Assembly: GCA_039545335.1 (NCBI GenBank)
Contig: BCIN01000002.1
Coordinates: 2,572,678-2,636,677, forward strand
Direction: 5' to 3'
Source of the DNA: Kondoa subrosea
Lineage: Eukaryota
DNA: 64,000 bases
Position 1 is the stretch's first letter. Each line of letters begins with the position of its first letter. Below, piece by piece: positions 1 through 12,292 of the stretch. The position numbers were made by a program, and so were the translations under genes. The notes under the pieces were generated by a model. The model saw nothing but the letters and a program-made list of their open reading frames with translations, did not search any database and had not been told where the DNA came from.

Positions 1-254
1 TCGAGAGAAAGCGGATTGGACAATCGGCGGTGCGTTGGCCCGAGCCAGAATGGATGAAGTCATCTTTGGATTTGCGAAAGCTGCATTGGAGACTTGTTGA
101 GCTGTGATGCCTTGCGAAAGGAGATTGGGTCGTGAAGCGAAGTACTGCGAATCAAGTTAGACAGACAGAATTGGGTTGACTGACGGCGCACTTCGTCTAG
201 CAGTGCAAAGAATGCATCCTTCTCGCGTTGATCCAATCCTACAAAGACGGACAT
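1..254 (-). CDS. 5' part of a conserved basidiomycete protein (N-terminal EKDAFFxLLDEYFASRP motif, typically SH3-domain proteins); runs off the window edge
   Basis: ATG at 254 gives MSVFVGLDQREKDAFFALLDE, then a GT..AG intron, then YFASRPNLFRK. The family link is from motif recall; no SH3 domain is visible in the window. Confidence 0.6.
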
Positions 255-541
255 GGTCTTGCGCTTGTGTGCGAGGTGCTGCGGATGCTTGGAGTAAAGA
301 TTCCAGCAAAGGTGTCAAATGCCTTGAAATGAATCTTCTGAGTGAGTCTCTGGTTGAGATTCAAGGTTATGGTACCAGATCAGCTGGCTATGGCAGTCTT
401 CGTAGTCTAGCTTCAAGCTAGCTTGGTTGACACTTGAACAAGAAAATTCATGCACTTTTGTCTTGTAAGAGCCAACTTGCAACACACGCAGAGGACGTAT
501 ACCCCTTTGAGACGGCCCAGATACACCTTGCTCTGCCCAAT

Positions 542-2426
542 ATGGCTACAACAACGCCAAAGTATGATCTGACTGAAAAGCTGCTGCCAAACCTGGACAG
601 ACATCTGGCTTTGCCTTTGATTGATCACTTGGACGACCGACAAGCTTACCCTCACAATGAATTACTGCAAGCCAAGCTGGAGCTTCTGCAATCTACAAAT
701 ATGGTCAACTACATTGCTACTGTAGACAAAGAATTGCATGCGCCAGATGGAAATCCAGAGACTCAAGCAGGTCCGTCGTGAGATGCGGGCTAGCAGTAGT
801 ACTCTGCTTACTTTGTTCTCCGAGGACAGACTGCAAAAAGCGCGAATCAACTATTCTCTCAACTTTAGAAGATCTGGAATCAAAAGCAAAGACTGTCATG
901 GACATTATCACAAACCCTCAAGTCTTTCAAGCACTTAAGCAGGATAAGCAGCAGAACTTGGAATTCCTCAAAAGTCAGCATGGAGTGCGTTGACAAAGCA
1001 CGAGGATCAGCATGCATGCTGATACTTCGTTCTTTTCTTGCACAGCTCCCTATTCAGGACATCGACAGTCTCTACAAACTTGGTCGCTATCAGTACACTG
1101 TTGGCCAGTATCCAGCAGCTTCAGATTACCTCTACCATTTCCGTGTCTTGACGGTCGACCCAGATCTGGAATCTTCAGCCATGTGGGGAAAACTAGTTTC
1201 TGATACACTTGAAGGATCTTGGGATGCTGCTCTATCTGAGTTGGATCTGATACGCAAAAACATCGACACTCTTTACCCTGTTACACCTACTTCCTCGCAT
1301 TCCAATTCACCAGCTGTAGGATTACAACAACGGACTTGGTTCTTACATTGGTCTCTCTTTGTTTACTTCAATCATGAACAAGGAAGGGAGAAATTAGTAG
1401 AAGCATGGATGAGTCAAACTTCTTTACCTGCAACTCAAGGTCGAGATGGTCGAGATCAATCAAACTACTTAACTTCTTTCTTGCCAGCTCTTCAAGCTAA
1501 TGCTCCATGGTTACTTCGATACCTAATCGCAGCAGTCATTCTTTCCCGATCAGCAGCATTCAAAGGAAACGCCTATCTTGGGTCATTAGCTAGAATAAGT
1601 ACAAGAGAACAAATGGGTACAGCAATCCTTTTGACTATCAAACAAGAACCAAGTATAGCTAAATCAGATCCTTTGGTTGGGTTTGTGAAAGCTTTGTTTG
1701 TGGATTTGGATTTCCCTGCTGCGAGTGAATATTTGCAAGAGAGTAGAAAATTGGTTCAAGAGGATTTCTTCCTTAATCAGTTCGAAAACGAATGGATGGA
1801 AAGAGCTAGATGGGCTTACAGCGAAGCTTACTGTCGGGTGCATCATCAAATTGATATTATGTAAGTGCAACTCAACACACATGGTCGAGCAGCAGAGCTG
1901 ACGGTCAAATACAGGTCATTGAGTCAACAGCTCGGATTGTCACCTGATGAAGGAGAGAAGTGGATCGTCAACCTGATTAGGGATGCAAGATTAGATGCAA
2001 AGATTGATCTCAAAGAGGTTTGTCATCCATGCTTTCAGTAAGGTCACGTGCTGACTGCATTGCGATTGCAAACAGAACTTCGTCCACATGAACCGCTATG
2101 ATACGACAGCACATCAGACAGTAATTGACAAAACAAAGGTCAGCTAAATCGTATTTGAGATAGACAAGTCAAGCTAACCTGATGATTCAAATGCAGTCCA
2201 TCTTGGAACGATCAGCAAGATTAGACTACTCAGAAGGTCAACAGCAAGGGGGAAACAGGAACAACAGAGGTCCAGCTCGTATGTGAATCTCGTTTGTGCT
2301 GATATCAGCTCATCATTTACGGCACGTACAGGTGGTGGTAGAGATAACAGACAACAACAAAAAGAGGGAGCTGCTGATGCGCCACAACAGCCAGAGAAGG
2401 TCACTCCTGCTGTTGAGGTTGCTTGA
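542..2426 (+). CDS. INT6: Eukaryotic translation initiation factor 3 subunit E (PCI domain), multi-exon
   Basis: [49 protein letters not shown] and [18 protein letters not shown] match eIF3e. The spliced model ends in an RGG-rich tail with TGA at 2424-2426. Confidence 0.95.
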
Positions 2427-2562
2427 TTGCATGTATTTGAGTTGTACCAGATGCAAAGTTGATACTTCTTGGTCTACGCATACCTAAACGTTATTTGCGA
2501 CTGATTAACGCTAACTCTGTGCTTGGTATACTATGCTATATTCCCAAATGTCCGCCTTTCAA

Positions 2563-4022
2563 TTAGTTTGAATTCACTTCTACTTCTCCTATTCTAATCC
2601 TCTTATCAAAGCCAACGCTGACAATGACCACATTTCCATCTTTTGCCAAACAAGCCACATCCCTTACATTACTACTTCCTCTTTCTCTACTCCACAAAGC
2701 TCTAACCTCTTCACTTCCTCTCGGATACTCGCTAACATCCACAGCAGCTAATCCATGAGCTTTCAAAGTCTTGATCGTTTTCCCATCAAGGTTTACAATA
2801 TGTACTAAACCTTCATCTGAATTGAGAATACAATGTTGACCGTCCGGAGTCCAAACGTGTCTAGGTGTGGAATAAATAGATTGAGAAGATTGAGTATAGA
2901 GAGTTTTTGTCCGAGAATGAGAGTGAAAGGGTAAAAGCAAAATTTGACTTGGGTTTTGATCGGTTTGTAATGAAAGAAGATTGGAAGGATGTAGAGTTAG
3001 AGAAACTATGGAGAAAGAGATATGGGAATCTTGACGTTCGTTTAGGTTGTACGATGTTGCAGTGAGCGAGGGGAGAGATAAGTAATGCAGATGATTGTCT
3101 TCCCTCTTGGTGTAAAGAAGAGCGGAAGAATCTGGAAGGAAAAGTATCGTTTCTGGATTAGTAGTAAATGATATAGAGTGTATCTTCGCGAATTGAGATG
3201 CTGATGTAAACGAGTATAGATTGAGTGACTTGTCATAAGAAATTGTTGCGAGATAATGGCCATTTGGTGAAATTGCAGATCGGACCACATACTCTATCAA
3301 TCTGTGTCAATACGTAAGTACGAGCCCAAGGCCAAAACTAACTTTGATGATCTTTGAAAGTCTGAACCGCTTCTCGACTATATAAATCCGTAATGATGAC
3401 AGATCCGTCCATCGCGGTCGTGATCATCAGATGCGGCTGTTGAGGATGGAAAGCCACATGCAACACTACGCTTGTATGTGGTTGAAGGATTTCTTCAGGA
3501 TCGCCAGTTTCAAGATTCGAGAACTACTAAATACATCAGATGAAGCGACTAGTAGAATGTTGCTAACGTACAATGGCATTTTTGGCAGCGTCGGAGGTAA
3601 CAATACACGGTATTGAGGATTCGCTGTTTTCACGAGGTATATCAACGAGTGAACAGAAAACAGAAAAAGAAAACGGACACATAGTCTGCTGTAGCTGTAT
3701 CAAATGTCTTGCGAGGCAGCGAATGCAATACAACAGAGAGAACATTCGATGAATGATTTGCTAGATTCCGCGTCATGCGCTCGGGCAACTGCAAAGCTTT
3801 GCGATCCAATGCAAGTGAAGATAACAATTGTGTTACATTCTCTGCTTCCTTTGCGGGTCCGTGTTCCTTGTGCCAGGCAGACACGAGTTCAAGCAGATCA
3901 GGGCAATCAGTTACGTTTGTCCTGTCAGATAGTCGAGCTTCTTGCTCTAGAGCAGCCCGTGTCGTATTCAGACTTTTCTCGCGTAAGTACTGTTGAATAC
4001 TAGCGAGCACGAGATCGTCCAT
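2563..4022 (-). CDS. LisH + WD40-repeat protein
   Basis: N-terminal LVLASIQQYLREKSLNTTRAALEQE (LisH-like); WD repeats ATISYDKSLNLY and VSVGFDKRIRI; exons joined by canonical introns. Confidence 0.8.
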
Positions 4023-4109
4023 TTTGGATTGGCGGCTCCAAGAAGCTCCACTATTTCAATCGAAATTTCATGAAGTGCCCCTTGTCTTGAACACTCACTA
4101 TCAAACACA

Positions 4110-5909
4110 ATGTCCAACAGCAACGGAGTACAGACCAATGGCACTAATGGCTCAAGCAAGGGAACCTTTGCGACCAAGGTTAGAAATATTTGATCGATCT
4201 TCGAGATTCGAGTCAACTCAGTTTCCCATTGCTTCAGGTTGGCCTAGCAAGTCAGTAACGAGTGCATACAATACTGTGATACGGTCTGATGTGCTTTGCT
4301 TTTGCTCCGCCCAGAAATGATGAAGGTATGCTATTCTCGTCTGACTCACTTTGCAGCAATCCTCATTCACTTTTGTCAGGGCGGTGTCATTATGTTGGCT
4401 TCTCATAGTACTCTTCGATCTTCGGCTGATGATTGCTCAGGGATGTCATCAATGCTGAACAAGCAAAGATCGCACAAGAAGCAGGTAAGCACCTCTCCAC
4501 ATGCATTATGCATTGGCTGATCTCGTACTTTGTCAGGCGCATGCGCTGTTATGGCTCTTGAGCGAGTTCCATCCGATATTCGCAAAGAAGGAGGCGTTGC
4601 CAGAATGAGCGAGTCAGTTCAACTCATTTGTCGAGGTTGATTGTCAGCTAAAGGGATTGCTACAGTCCTCAAATGATCAAGGTCAGCAGAATGGGTTTAT
4701 CATTGTTAACTTGGAAACTGACGAGATCCATCCCGACAGGAAATTCAAGCAGCTGTTACCATTCGTATGTTTGAGCAGCCATGCACATCAAGCACCCACT
4801 GATCTTCTTACCCAGCTGTCATGGCTAAATGTATGCGCAGTTTAGGCGTTATTAAGGCTGTCTTTAACCTTTCTCGGCAGCCCGTATTGGCCACATTGTG
4901 GAAGCTCAGATATTGCAAGCTATTGGCGTAGACTACATTGACGAATCAGAGTATGCCCTCATGTTCTGTATTGATTTGCAGTGCTAAAATTTCTGCAGAG
5001 TACTCACACCCGCTGATCCTTCGCTCCATGTTGACAAGCATTCTTTCTCTGTTCCTTTCGTGTGCGGCTGCAAAGATTTAGGGTCAATAACAGTGATACC
5101 TTTCGCATGCTTTTATGCTGATGCAGTATCATCTTCTGACAGGGAAGCGCTCCGACGTATTTCAGAAGGTGCAGCCATGATCCGAACCAAAGGAGAAGCA
5201 GGAACAGGCAACGTGATTGAAGCTGTCCGCCACACCCGAGCTGTTCAAAACGCTATTCGTAAAGCTCAAATGCTAACGGAAGCGGAGTTGTATGACTTTG
5301 CTAAAGAATTGGCTGCACCTGTGGATTTGTTGAGGGAAGTTGCTAAGTTGGGTCGATTGCCTGTTGTCAACTTCGCTGCTGTGTGTGCACAAACTCCGCG
5401 GATGAATGGCAGAGCTGACGGATATATGGTAGGGAGGAATTGCTACACCTGCTGATGCTGCTCTGTGCATGCAATTGGGATGCGGTAAGTCTGATTTTCG
5501 CATAAAGTTCTCTACTTATATGTATCACATCGTGCAGATGGAGGTGAGCAGCTGAGGTCGCCTAATAGAGTGTCGGGCTAATGAGAAACGATTAGTCTTT
5601 GTCGGAAGTGGTATCTGTATGTCCTCGCTTTCTTCCTCGCTTCCTATGTAGCTGAACGAAATGACATTGTCATACAGTCCACTCATCGAACCCAGCAGCA
5701 TACGCAAGAGCTATTGTTGAAGCTACAACTCACTATAACGATCCAGCCAAGCTTGCGGAAGTATGCACTGGTCTTGGAGCCGGTATGAAGGGAGAGAACG
5801 ACCTGAACAGACCGGGTCTAGTTAGTAAGCCACATCCCTTTCTGTCATATCATTGTGATTTTAGCTGAATTCATTTCGCGATGCAGAAATGTCCCAGAGA
5901 GGTTATTAG
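4110..5909 (+). CDS. PDX1: Pyridoxal 5'-phosphate synthase, synthase subunit (PDX1/SNZ), many small exons
   Basis: Spliced translation contains [73 protein letters not shown] and LGCDGVFVGSGI. Confidence 0.97.
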
Positions 5910-6001
5910 TCACTCGTCTATATTGTTCTATTTATGCATGCTCTATGAATACACATCTTTTACACTTGTGCTTTTCTATGTTGACAGTTCTATGCTTCTT
6001 T

Positions 6002-6855
6002 TCAGCTTTCAGAGTCTTTCGCTTGCATGTAAGGTAATACAATATCTTTCAGAAACAATTCATGCACTCTTGCGTCCGTTGTCAATTCAGGATGGAAAGA
6101 AGTAACCATCAGATTACCCCTTTTCATAGCTACCAAATTTGCATCGGGACCTAATTCTACTTCTTGTCTTGTTGAAGGTATTTGGGCTGCAGGTTTCTTT
6201 GCAGAAGGTAAACAAGAGGCAGGTATACTTGATAGTGTTTGTAACGATGGGTCTTGCATCAATCGAGAATGAGTTATTGGCGCACGAATGAATATGCCTG
6301 GGAATGGGGTTGATGCGTCTCGCAGACCTTCTATATGTAAAGCGTGCTCGAAAGATTCAGTCTGTATGCAACATAAGACGTGATTGTAAGGTAGAGAGAA
6401 GGTGAGACTCACTTGTCTACCATATTGATTACGGCATACGCGAATAGGGAATCCGCCTATCGCTTTGCCTGTTGCGTCATCCGATAGAGCTCCTCCTTCT
6501 ACTTCATCAGCGAGCATAATCATTCCAGCACAAGTTCCTGTCAATCTATAATATCAGCGAGGGAAATCGTGAGCGCATGAAATGACTCACCCCATACTGG
6601 CGCATTCTTCTGCTGTATGAATTGCCTCAGCGGTTCCATCATCCCTCCTTTATTGGCCAATAGAGTCATTGTAGTACTTTCTCCTCCAGGTATAATCAAA
6701 GCATCGCATGACTCCAATTGCTTGACTGTTCGCACTGGAATAGCTTGAAAGGACAGACTGGGATGCAGTACAGTCGAAGCGGCCGTCCGTAATAGATCCA
6801 AGTGTTCGTGGAAACCGCCTTGCAGAGCCAGTACACCGACAGTGAGGCAACTCAT
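6002..6855 (-). CDS. PDX2: PLP synthase glutaminase subunit (PDX2/SNO)
   Basis: VGVLALQGGFHEH, LIIPGGESTT, WGTCAGMI, RNQYGRQ, FIRAP and TSFHPELT (class I glutamine amidotransferase Cys/His/Glu triad). Confidence 0.97.
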
Positions 6856-7039
6856 TTCCAAGAGAAATCAACAAGAAAGTGATCGAAGACTCGGAACAGC
6901 ACAGGGAGCAAGGGAAGCACAGAGCCAAGTAGAGGTATATCCAGAGAAGCTCTGATGTAGACTGCCAGCAATGGATGTTCCGAGCCGACAGCAGAATGAC
7001 TTCGCGAAAAAAAAATTGACAATGCTTCTCTTTCTTCAA

Positions 7040-7467
7040 CGGGACTCAAGCACTGTTGAATTCGCGTTCTTCAGTTGTTCGATCGTTGGGAGACGCAGTG
7101 GTCCACATTTGCTGCAACTGCGTCTTGGATCGAGAGTGGCACCCTTTCTGCACGAAAGGCCCAAGAAAAACCTCTTCTTCGCCTTTTACTGTCATTCACG
7201 ACTTTCTGTCCCTCCTCCTATGCAACTTTTACTGCTCTAAGAGATTCGTGTTTCTCTGACTTTGTCTCCTTGGTTCACGCTGGGTTGATGGCTTTGTTTG
7301 GTATATGGATCTTTGTGGTTTAGGTAGACGGAGTGTATACGATTGTTGCGCTTCATTGCGAAAAGATGGATGACGACAAAAGGCTTAGAAGGAGATCTAT
7401 ATTTCTATGCTTGGTATAGTTCCTAGTGGGCTTTGACATTAGAGCAGTGACCATAGATCTGACAATT
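7040..7467 (+). ncRNA. snR30: Probable snR30/U17 H/ACA snoRNA (18S rRNA processing)
   Basis: 3' hairpin closed by AGATCTAT (7393-7400)/ATAGATCT (7453-7460), with m1-like ATATTTCTA (7399-7407) and m2-like TGACCAT (7448-7454), then ACA at 7462-7464. H box AGAAAA at 7164-7169. 5' hairpin AGACGCAGT/ACTGCGTCT (7091-7099/7117-7125). Internal hairpin GCCTTTT/AAAAGGC (7181-7187/7378-7384). The 5' end is approximate. Confidence 0.75.
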
Positions 7468-7818
7468 ATACAACAATGCAATCTGATTTCCTCTTCCATT
7501 TTGTGCCGTTTCGTTTCATTAATCCCCTCTGGACTTTCATTTTGAGCATCCTGGGCTGCTCAGAAGTTGTGAATTGTTCGCCTTGCTTCGTCACTCGAAA
7601 CACTGTCCATCCACTTGTGCTTCCCAGCCTACTTCGCTTCAGTCTGAGACGAGTGCAACCCTCTCTGTATAGTCTACTTCATCAAGTAGTGGGGAGTTCG
7701 AGCGACAGAAGAGTTAGTCATTTGCTCATAATAAAATGACAGACAAACAGTCTCTATGCAATGCAGACTATATACACTATACTTTGACATAATAACTACC
7801 CTGAGACATAAAACCAGT

Positions 7819-10800
7819 TTACCCTCCTTTCACCCTTTCACTTTCAGCTTTTCGTACCGGATCTGAAACAAAACTCTTTTCGTAAGACGCTTCTAGCGAT
7901 CCAAGAGATTTGCCATGAGCAGCAGCAGCTCTTTCCAGCTTCAACTTCTCTTCCCGTTTCTTTTCTTCTTTGTCTCGCTTCTTATCTTGCGAATGACGTT
8001 CTTCCATTTCTTCCGATGGAGTATCTTGCCATGCCCAAGCAGAAGGTCCTATTCATTGACAAGCAGATTCAATTCCGCCGCATTACAAGATATGACATTT
8101 CCGATTACTTACCTGACATATCTCCAGTGACCGGAGCCGCGAGCGCCTGCGCAGCGGATTTCTCTTGGTGCTTTTCAGAAACGCCAGCTTTATGCTTGAT
8201 AATGTCTTTGATCGTTTTAGGCTCAGGTGCATGCATCCAATCATCTGTCGACGCGCAATCTTCGTAAGCACATTGAAGCGCTAAGAGTACGGCGTCACCG
8301 ACCTGCTTCTGTGTTATTCCTGACTGCTAATTTCTGTTCCAAATGCTTTCGATGAATAGCTTCAGCTGTCAAAGCTTGATGCATCCGTTTTTCGAGCACA
8401 TCCTTCTTCCGCGATAATCGATCTCCGATAGCGATAATAATACCTGCTGTGATGTTGCAGCAAATAGAGAAGGCTGTGAATTCCAAATGAATATGTAGCT
8501 GAGAAGCAGCACATATCATATCTCAACTCACTCAAGATAATTGCGGTTACTTCTTTTGGTCTGTCTTTGTAGTAGATACCCCATGTTGTTCCACCAAGCG
8601 CCATCTATCTCAAGATGAGCATCATTGGATTTGGTTGAGGATAGCCGTCTTACTTGGAACAGGGAATGACAATCCAGCAAGCATACAACAACAATCATAA
8701 GATCAAGTCGAAAAGCCTGTGAATGATTTCAATCTGCACATCCACGGATGTACTGATGAGAATCACTCACGGTATGTGTAAAAGTCTCATGAGGTTTGTA
8801 AAAAGTATGTGATTTGCAGAAGATAGCTTGATGATGAATGAATTTCGCATATTCTTCATGCGTCAATGGTGACTCTTCATATTGCACACCATGCTTCTCT
8901 GCTAATTGTCGAGTTTGGAGCAAATCATCGTGCGGTAGATCATTCTCGTCTGGTAGTTCGTGACCTTGCTTCTTCCAAAGTTTGACCGTCTTGTTGTGAT
9001 ATTTCGCAATATAGATCATATGATATGTGTCCACTGCGCGGAAGCTGCTCATTGCTATCAGCTTCTGATCGAATCCTTTAAGTGATACAGCTCACGGAGC
9101 CATTCCAACTGTAGAGATTTATGACTGTTAGTTCGAAAAGTCAGCATGACGGGATTTTTACTCACTTCCCACAACACAGAAGACTGCACAGGGGACAAGG
9201 ATGTAAGCAGAAGATAGTGTGAGCCTCGATCTCACATACGAGCAGTCAAAACCTGATCAATGACTTCCACAATATAATCCTCTGCAGAAAAAAAAGGCAT
9301 CAGCGCAGGATTTTGACAGCCTGGAATTTTTTACGTCTATCTCCCACATATATCCAGCCAATCCTGCACCGCTATTAGCTCGATATGATCGACGGAGAGG
9401 CTAGACTTACAAAAAGAGAACCCAAGCAGCACCAAACAGCGTAATTAAAGTAGCATAAACAGTAACAAATAATCCCAGAGCTTATCTCATACTCATCAGC
9501 TTTCATGTCATCACTACCGTGATAGAATTACTTACGTCTACTAGCATACTTCAGAAAACCTTTCCATTTCCTTTTCGCTCGCTCTTTTTTGGAATGCATC
9601 ATATGTCTCACATAATCATCCAATTCGGCTTTTTCTTCTTCAGTCCAATCACTCCAATCCAAATCATCAGGTAAGACTGCATATTCTCCTCTTAAAGTTC
9701 CAGCATGACTCAAAACTGATCCTGCTCCAATTGAAGATCTTCTTTCTGCTCTTTTAGCTTCCCGATTCTCTTCATCATTAACATGAGAGGATAAGATGGA
9801 AACTCTTCTTTCTGCAGGTGGACCAGCTACAGCTTGTAGAGTAGCTTCATCTAAAGTTGGTGTTGGTTGTCCTCCTTGATTTGCAGCAGCATTAATTGGT
9901 GATGATGGTCTTACTGTTTGTTGTTGAAGTTGAGAAGCACGGGAAGAAGCTCTTGCTCGACCTTCGTTGGATTCTATTGTGTTTACGATTGGATGCCGAC
10001 TTAGATCTACAGTCGTTCGACGGGAAGGTAGATAAGCGCCTAAGTTGGGTATGAAGAGAGAGTTCTGAACGTTTGAGAGAGTTGATATAGTTGAAACTTC
10101 CGGATCTATATCCAGTTTAAGCGCTTGAGATATAATTGGCATTGGGACCGAGACGAACCAATAACATCCAATAAATCAATTACCGCATGAGGATAATGTT
10201 CGCTGTCACTTGCACCAATGGAAGTAGCAGAGTTGAGTGAGCGAACATCATCTGCTTCTTGGTGCGCTTTACTGAAGGACATAGTCGAAGGTCGGCGGCC
10301 GAATCTCCAAGCTGAAGGAGGTTTCCTCGGACTTTCATTGGTTGCGACTGTAGCTGATCTAGGTCGAATACCACCGACATGAGGATGTAAAGACATTTCT
10401 TCTGCTGATCTAGCAGAAGTTGATGAAGAAAGGGCATTTCCCGCGCCGCTTGAAGCTGATGGGGGAAGGGTATTCTCTGGTGAAGCATGTGAGTGATGAC
10501 CTGATTCCAGTTGAGAAGGCGTGGGAGGGAAAGCCAAAGGGCTTGCTGCTCTATTTTCGACAACTGGCGCGCATGGTTTGCCTCTTGTCGGAGCATCAGT
10601 TGCAGCTCTGAGTCTTCGGACTCGTACTGAGGGTTCTCTGAAAGCTAAATGAGGTCTTATAGGCTTCTCTGTCAAGGCAGGCGAATACGGAGGTTGCGAG
10701 GCGGAGTTCATGGTAGAGGTCGAGATTGAAGAAGGCAGAGCTTCAGCCTGATCTTCGCCAGACGAGATGACGATAGCTGGATTGTCCCTCATCTCTGGCG

Positions 10801-10819
10801 TTGATTTGACTTCCCGCAT
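7819..10819 (-). CDS. DUF2985-family integral membrane protein with long low-complexity N-terminus
   Basis: Motifs KRKWKGFLKY, FRAVDTYHMIYIAKYH, SHTFYKPHETFTH, LLDCHSLFQMALG and several hydrophobic segments, recalled as fungal DUF2985. Confidence 0.8.
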
Positions 10820-11050
10820 TATTGAAGATCAGGTCGAATCAGATAACTTAGGAAAACAATGGGAGGCGATAAATGACAGCGAAGGCCGAGTCCCTGGCAG
10901 GGTATACTCTGGCTGCTGTAGGTATATACGAGGCTGTCTTGAGAGCCCGCCAAATGCCCGAGGATATTGGTACGAGGGCAAGAGACGCCAGATTTCAGAG
11001 CCAGCTTACTTTGTAAGCGTCGACGTCCGAACGTGCTCCTGAAAGAAGCA

Positions 11051-11610
11051 ATGGCAATGATCATGAACTTCTTGACGCGGCCAATGTATGCTGTGCTCCC
11101 TTCTTAGAGAAATGGCATTGACAAGTCTTGGAAAACAGGTTTGGCTCAGGCCTCGCTGGCTGCTGCAGTCCGTCTCCCTTGTGGCTTTACTCATCTGCAC
11201 ATGACTGATGTAATGAGATAGCTATCGTCTCTCTATTTGGCGTCGTTATTCTATGCGGATTGGGGCTGGCATTTGAACGAAACGCTCATGTAGGCTCAAG
11301 ATTCATATTTGTCAAGATAGAGACTCATCAAACGGTCACAGGTACTGATGGGCCACAGTGACGACCCAGAAGATGGGAAAGCCGTAGCTAAGGTAAGCAA
11401 TAGCGTTCAAAAGAGACACAAGCAGCTCATGATCGATTCGCTCTCGCACAGACATTGTTCGCCGCGGCTGGAGTGTATGCAGCTTTCGTAGTCTTCTGTG
11501 GGTGTCAGGTGAGCTTGTTGGAGTTGACAGCCCGTAATCAGGCTTAGAGCTTTGCGATTTCACAGCTAGGAGCAGCAAGAAGGCAGCCGCGTGGTTCTGT
11601 ACGATTATAG
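11051..11610 (+). CDS. RNASEK: V-type ATPase subunit f / RNase kappa-like small protein (six short exons; absent from ORF track)
   Basis: Spliced: MAMIMNFLTRPMFGSGLAGCCTIVSLFGVVILCGLGLAFERNAHVLMGHSDDPEDGKAVAKTLFAAAGVYAAFVVFCGCQLGAARRQPRGSVRL*. Two TM helices with the CCxxxSxFG and DPEDGKAVA motifs. Confidence 0.88.
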
Positions 11611-11699
11611 TAGAGGACTGTTTCTTTCTCTTTGCATTCGGACCTTCAGCATGTATATCACCTTCACCTGAATCAGTCCGCTTCTTCAAGTTCTTCTGG

Positions 11700-12276
11700 T
11701 CGTAGTCCCTTTCTGATCGTCTTTCCTCTGCTTCACAACCCTCTTACGTATCCTGTGACTCGTATACGTGTACTTTCTGCACGATAAGCATCCTTCTCCA
11801 TTTTTCAGAAGCAGTGCGCTATGTTCTAAGCGAAGTAATCTTCCAACCTCTCTTTCTCTCAACCATCATTTGCGACAAGCTCAAGTTGTGATCTTGCCTT
11901 CAGTCTGCTCATCAATACTCTTTACGTTCTTTCTGTACTCCTCACGCTCTTTATCTCGTCAAACCTGTCATGGACATCAACGCAAATGAAAGTTCAGAAT
12001 CAAAGTAGACCTCATAAGAAATGCCTTATTACTTTGATTGATCCTCTCTACAGAGCATACTCTCGTCTACTACTCAAGCCTATCGCTGTTACTCTTCTAC
12101 CTTCAGATAAATATCTTCGAGGTCCAAATGAACCTGACTCTCCTTATTCTAAACCTATCTTGAGCGAAAAAGCATGGCTAGAGAAGAATGGGCTGGTCCT
12201 ACAATTCAAAGCTATCCCAACACAGGTGTCCATTGAAATATCAAACCATAATAAGAATAGCATCAAAGAAGAATAA
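11700..12276 (+). CDS. Small uncharacterised spliced protein; 5' end unresolved
   Basis: Protein-like exons SAHQYSLRSFCTPHALYLVKPVMDINANE and AYSRLLLKPIAVTLLPSDKYLRGPNEPDSPYSKPILSEKAWLEKNG separated by intron-like sequence. No convincing start found. Confidence 0.4.
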
Positions 12277-12292
12277 GTTATTACAAAGGGGA

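Noticed and set aside
2200..2487. Apparent frameshift at the eIF3e C-terminus
   Set aside because: The five-G run keeps the frame (QGGNRNNR), so the spliced model ends normally at 2426.
7020..7740. Telomerase RNA, RNase MRP/P, U3 or SRP RNA
   Set aside because: No telomeric template or convincing CR-I/CR-V pair, U3 boxes or SRP helix 8. The H/ACA plus m1/m2 layout fits snR30 better.
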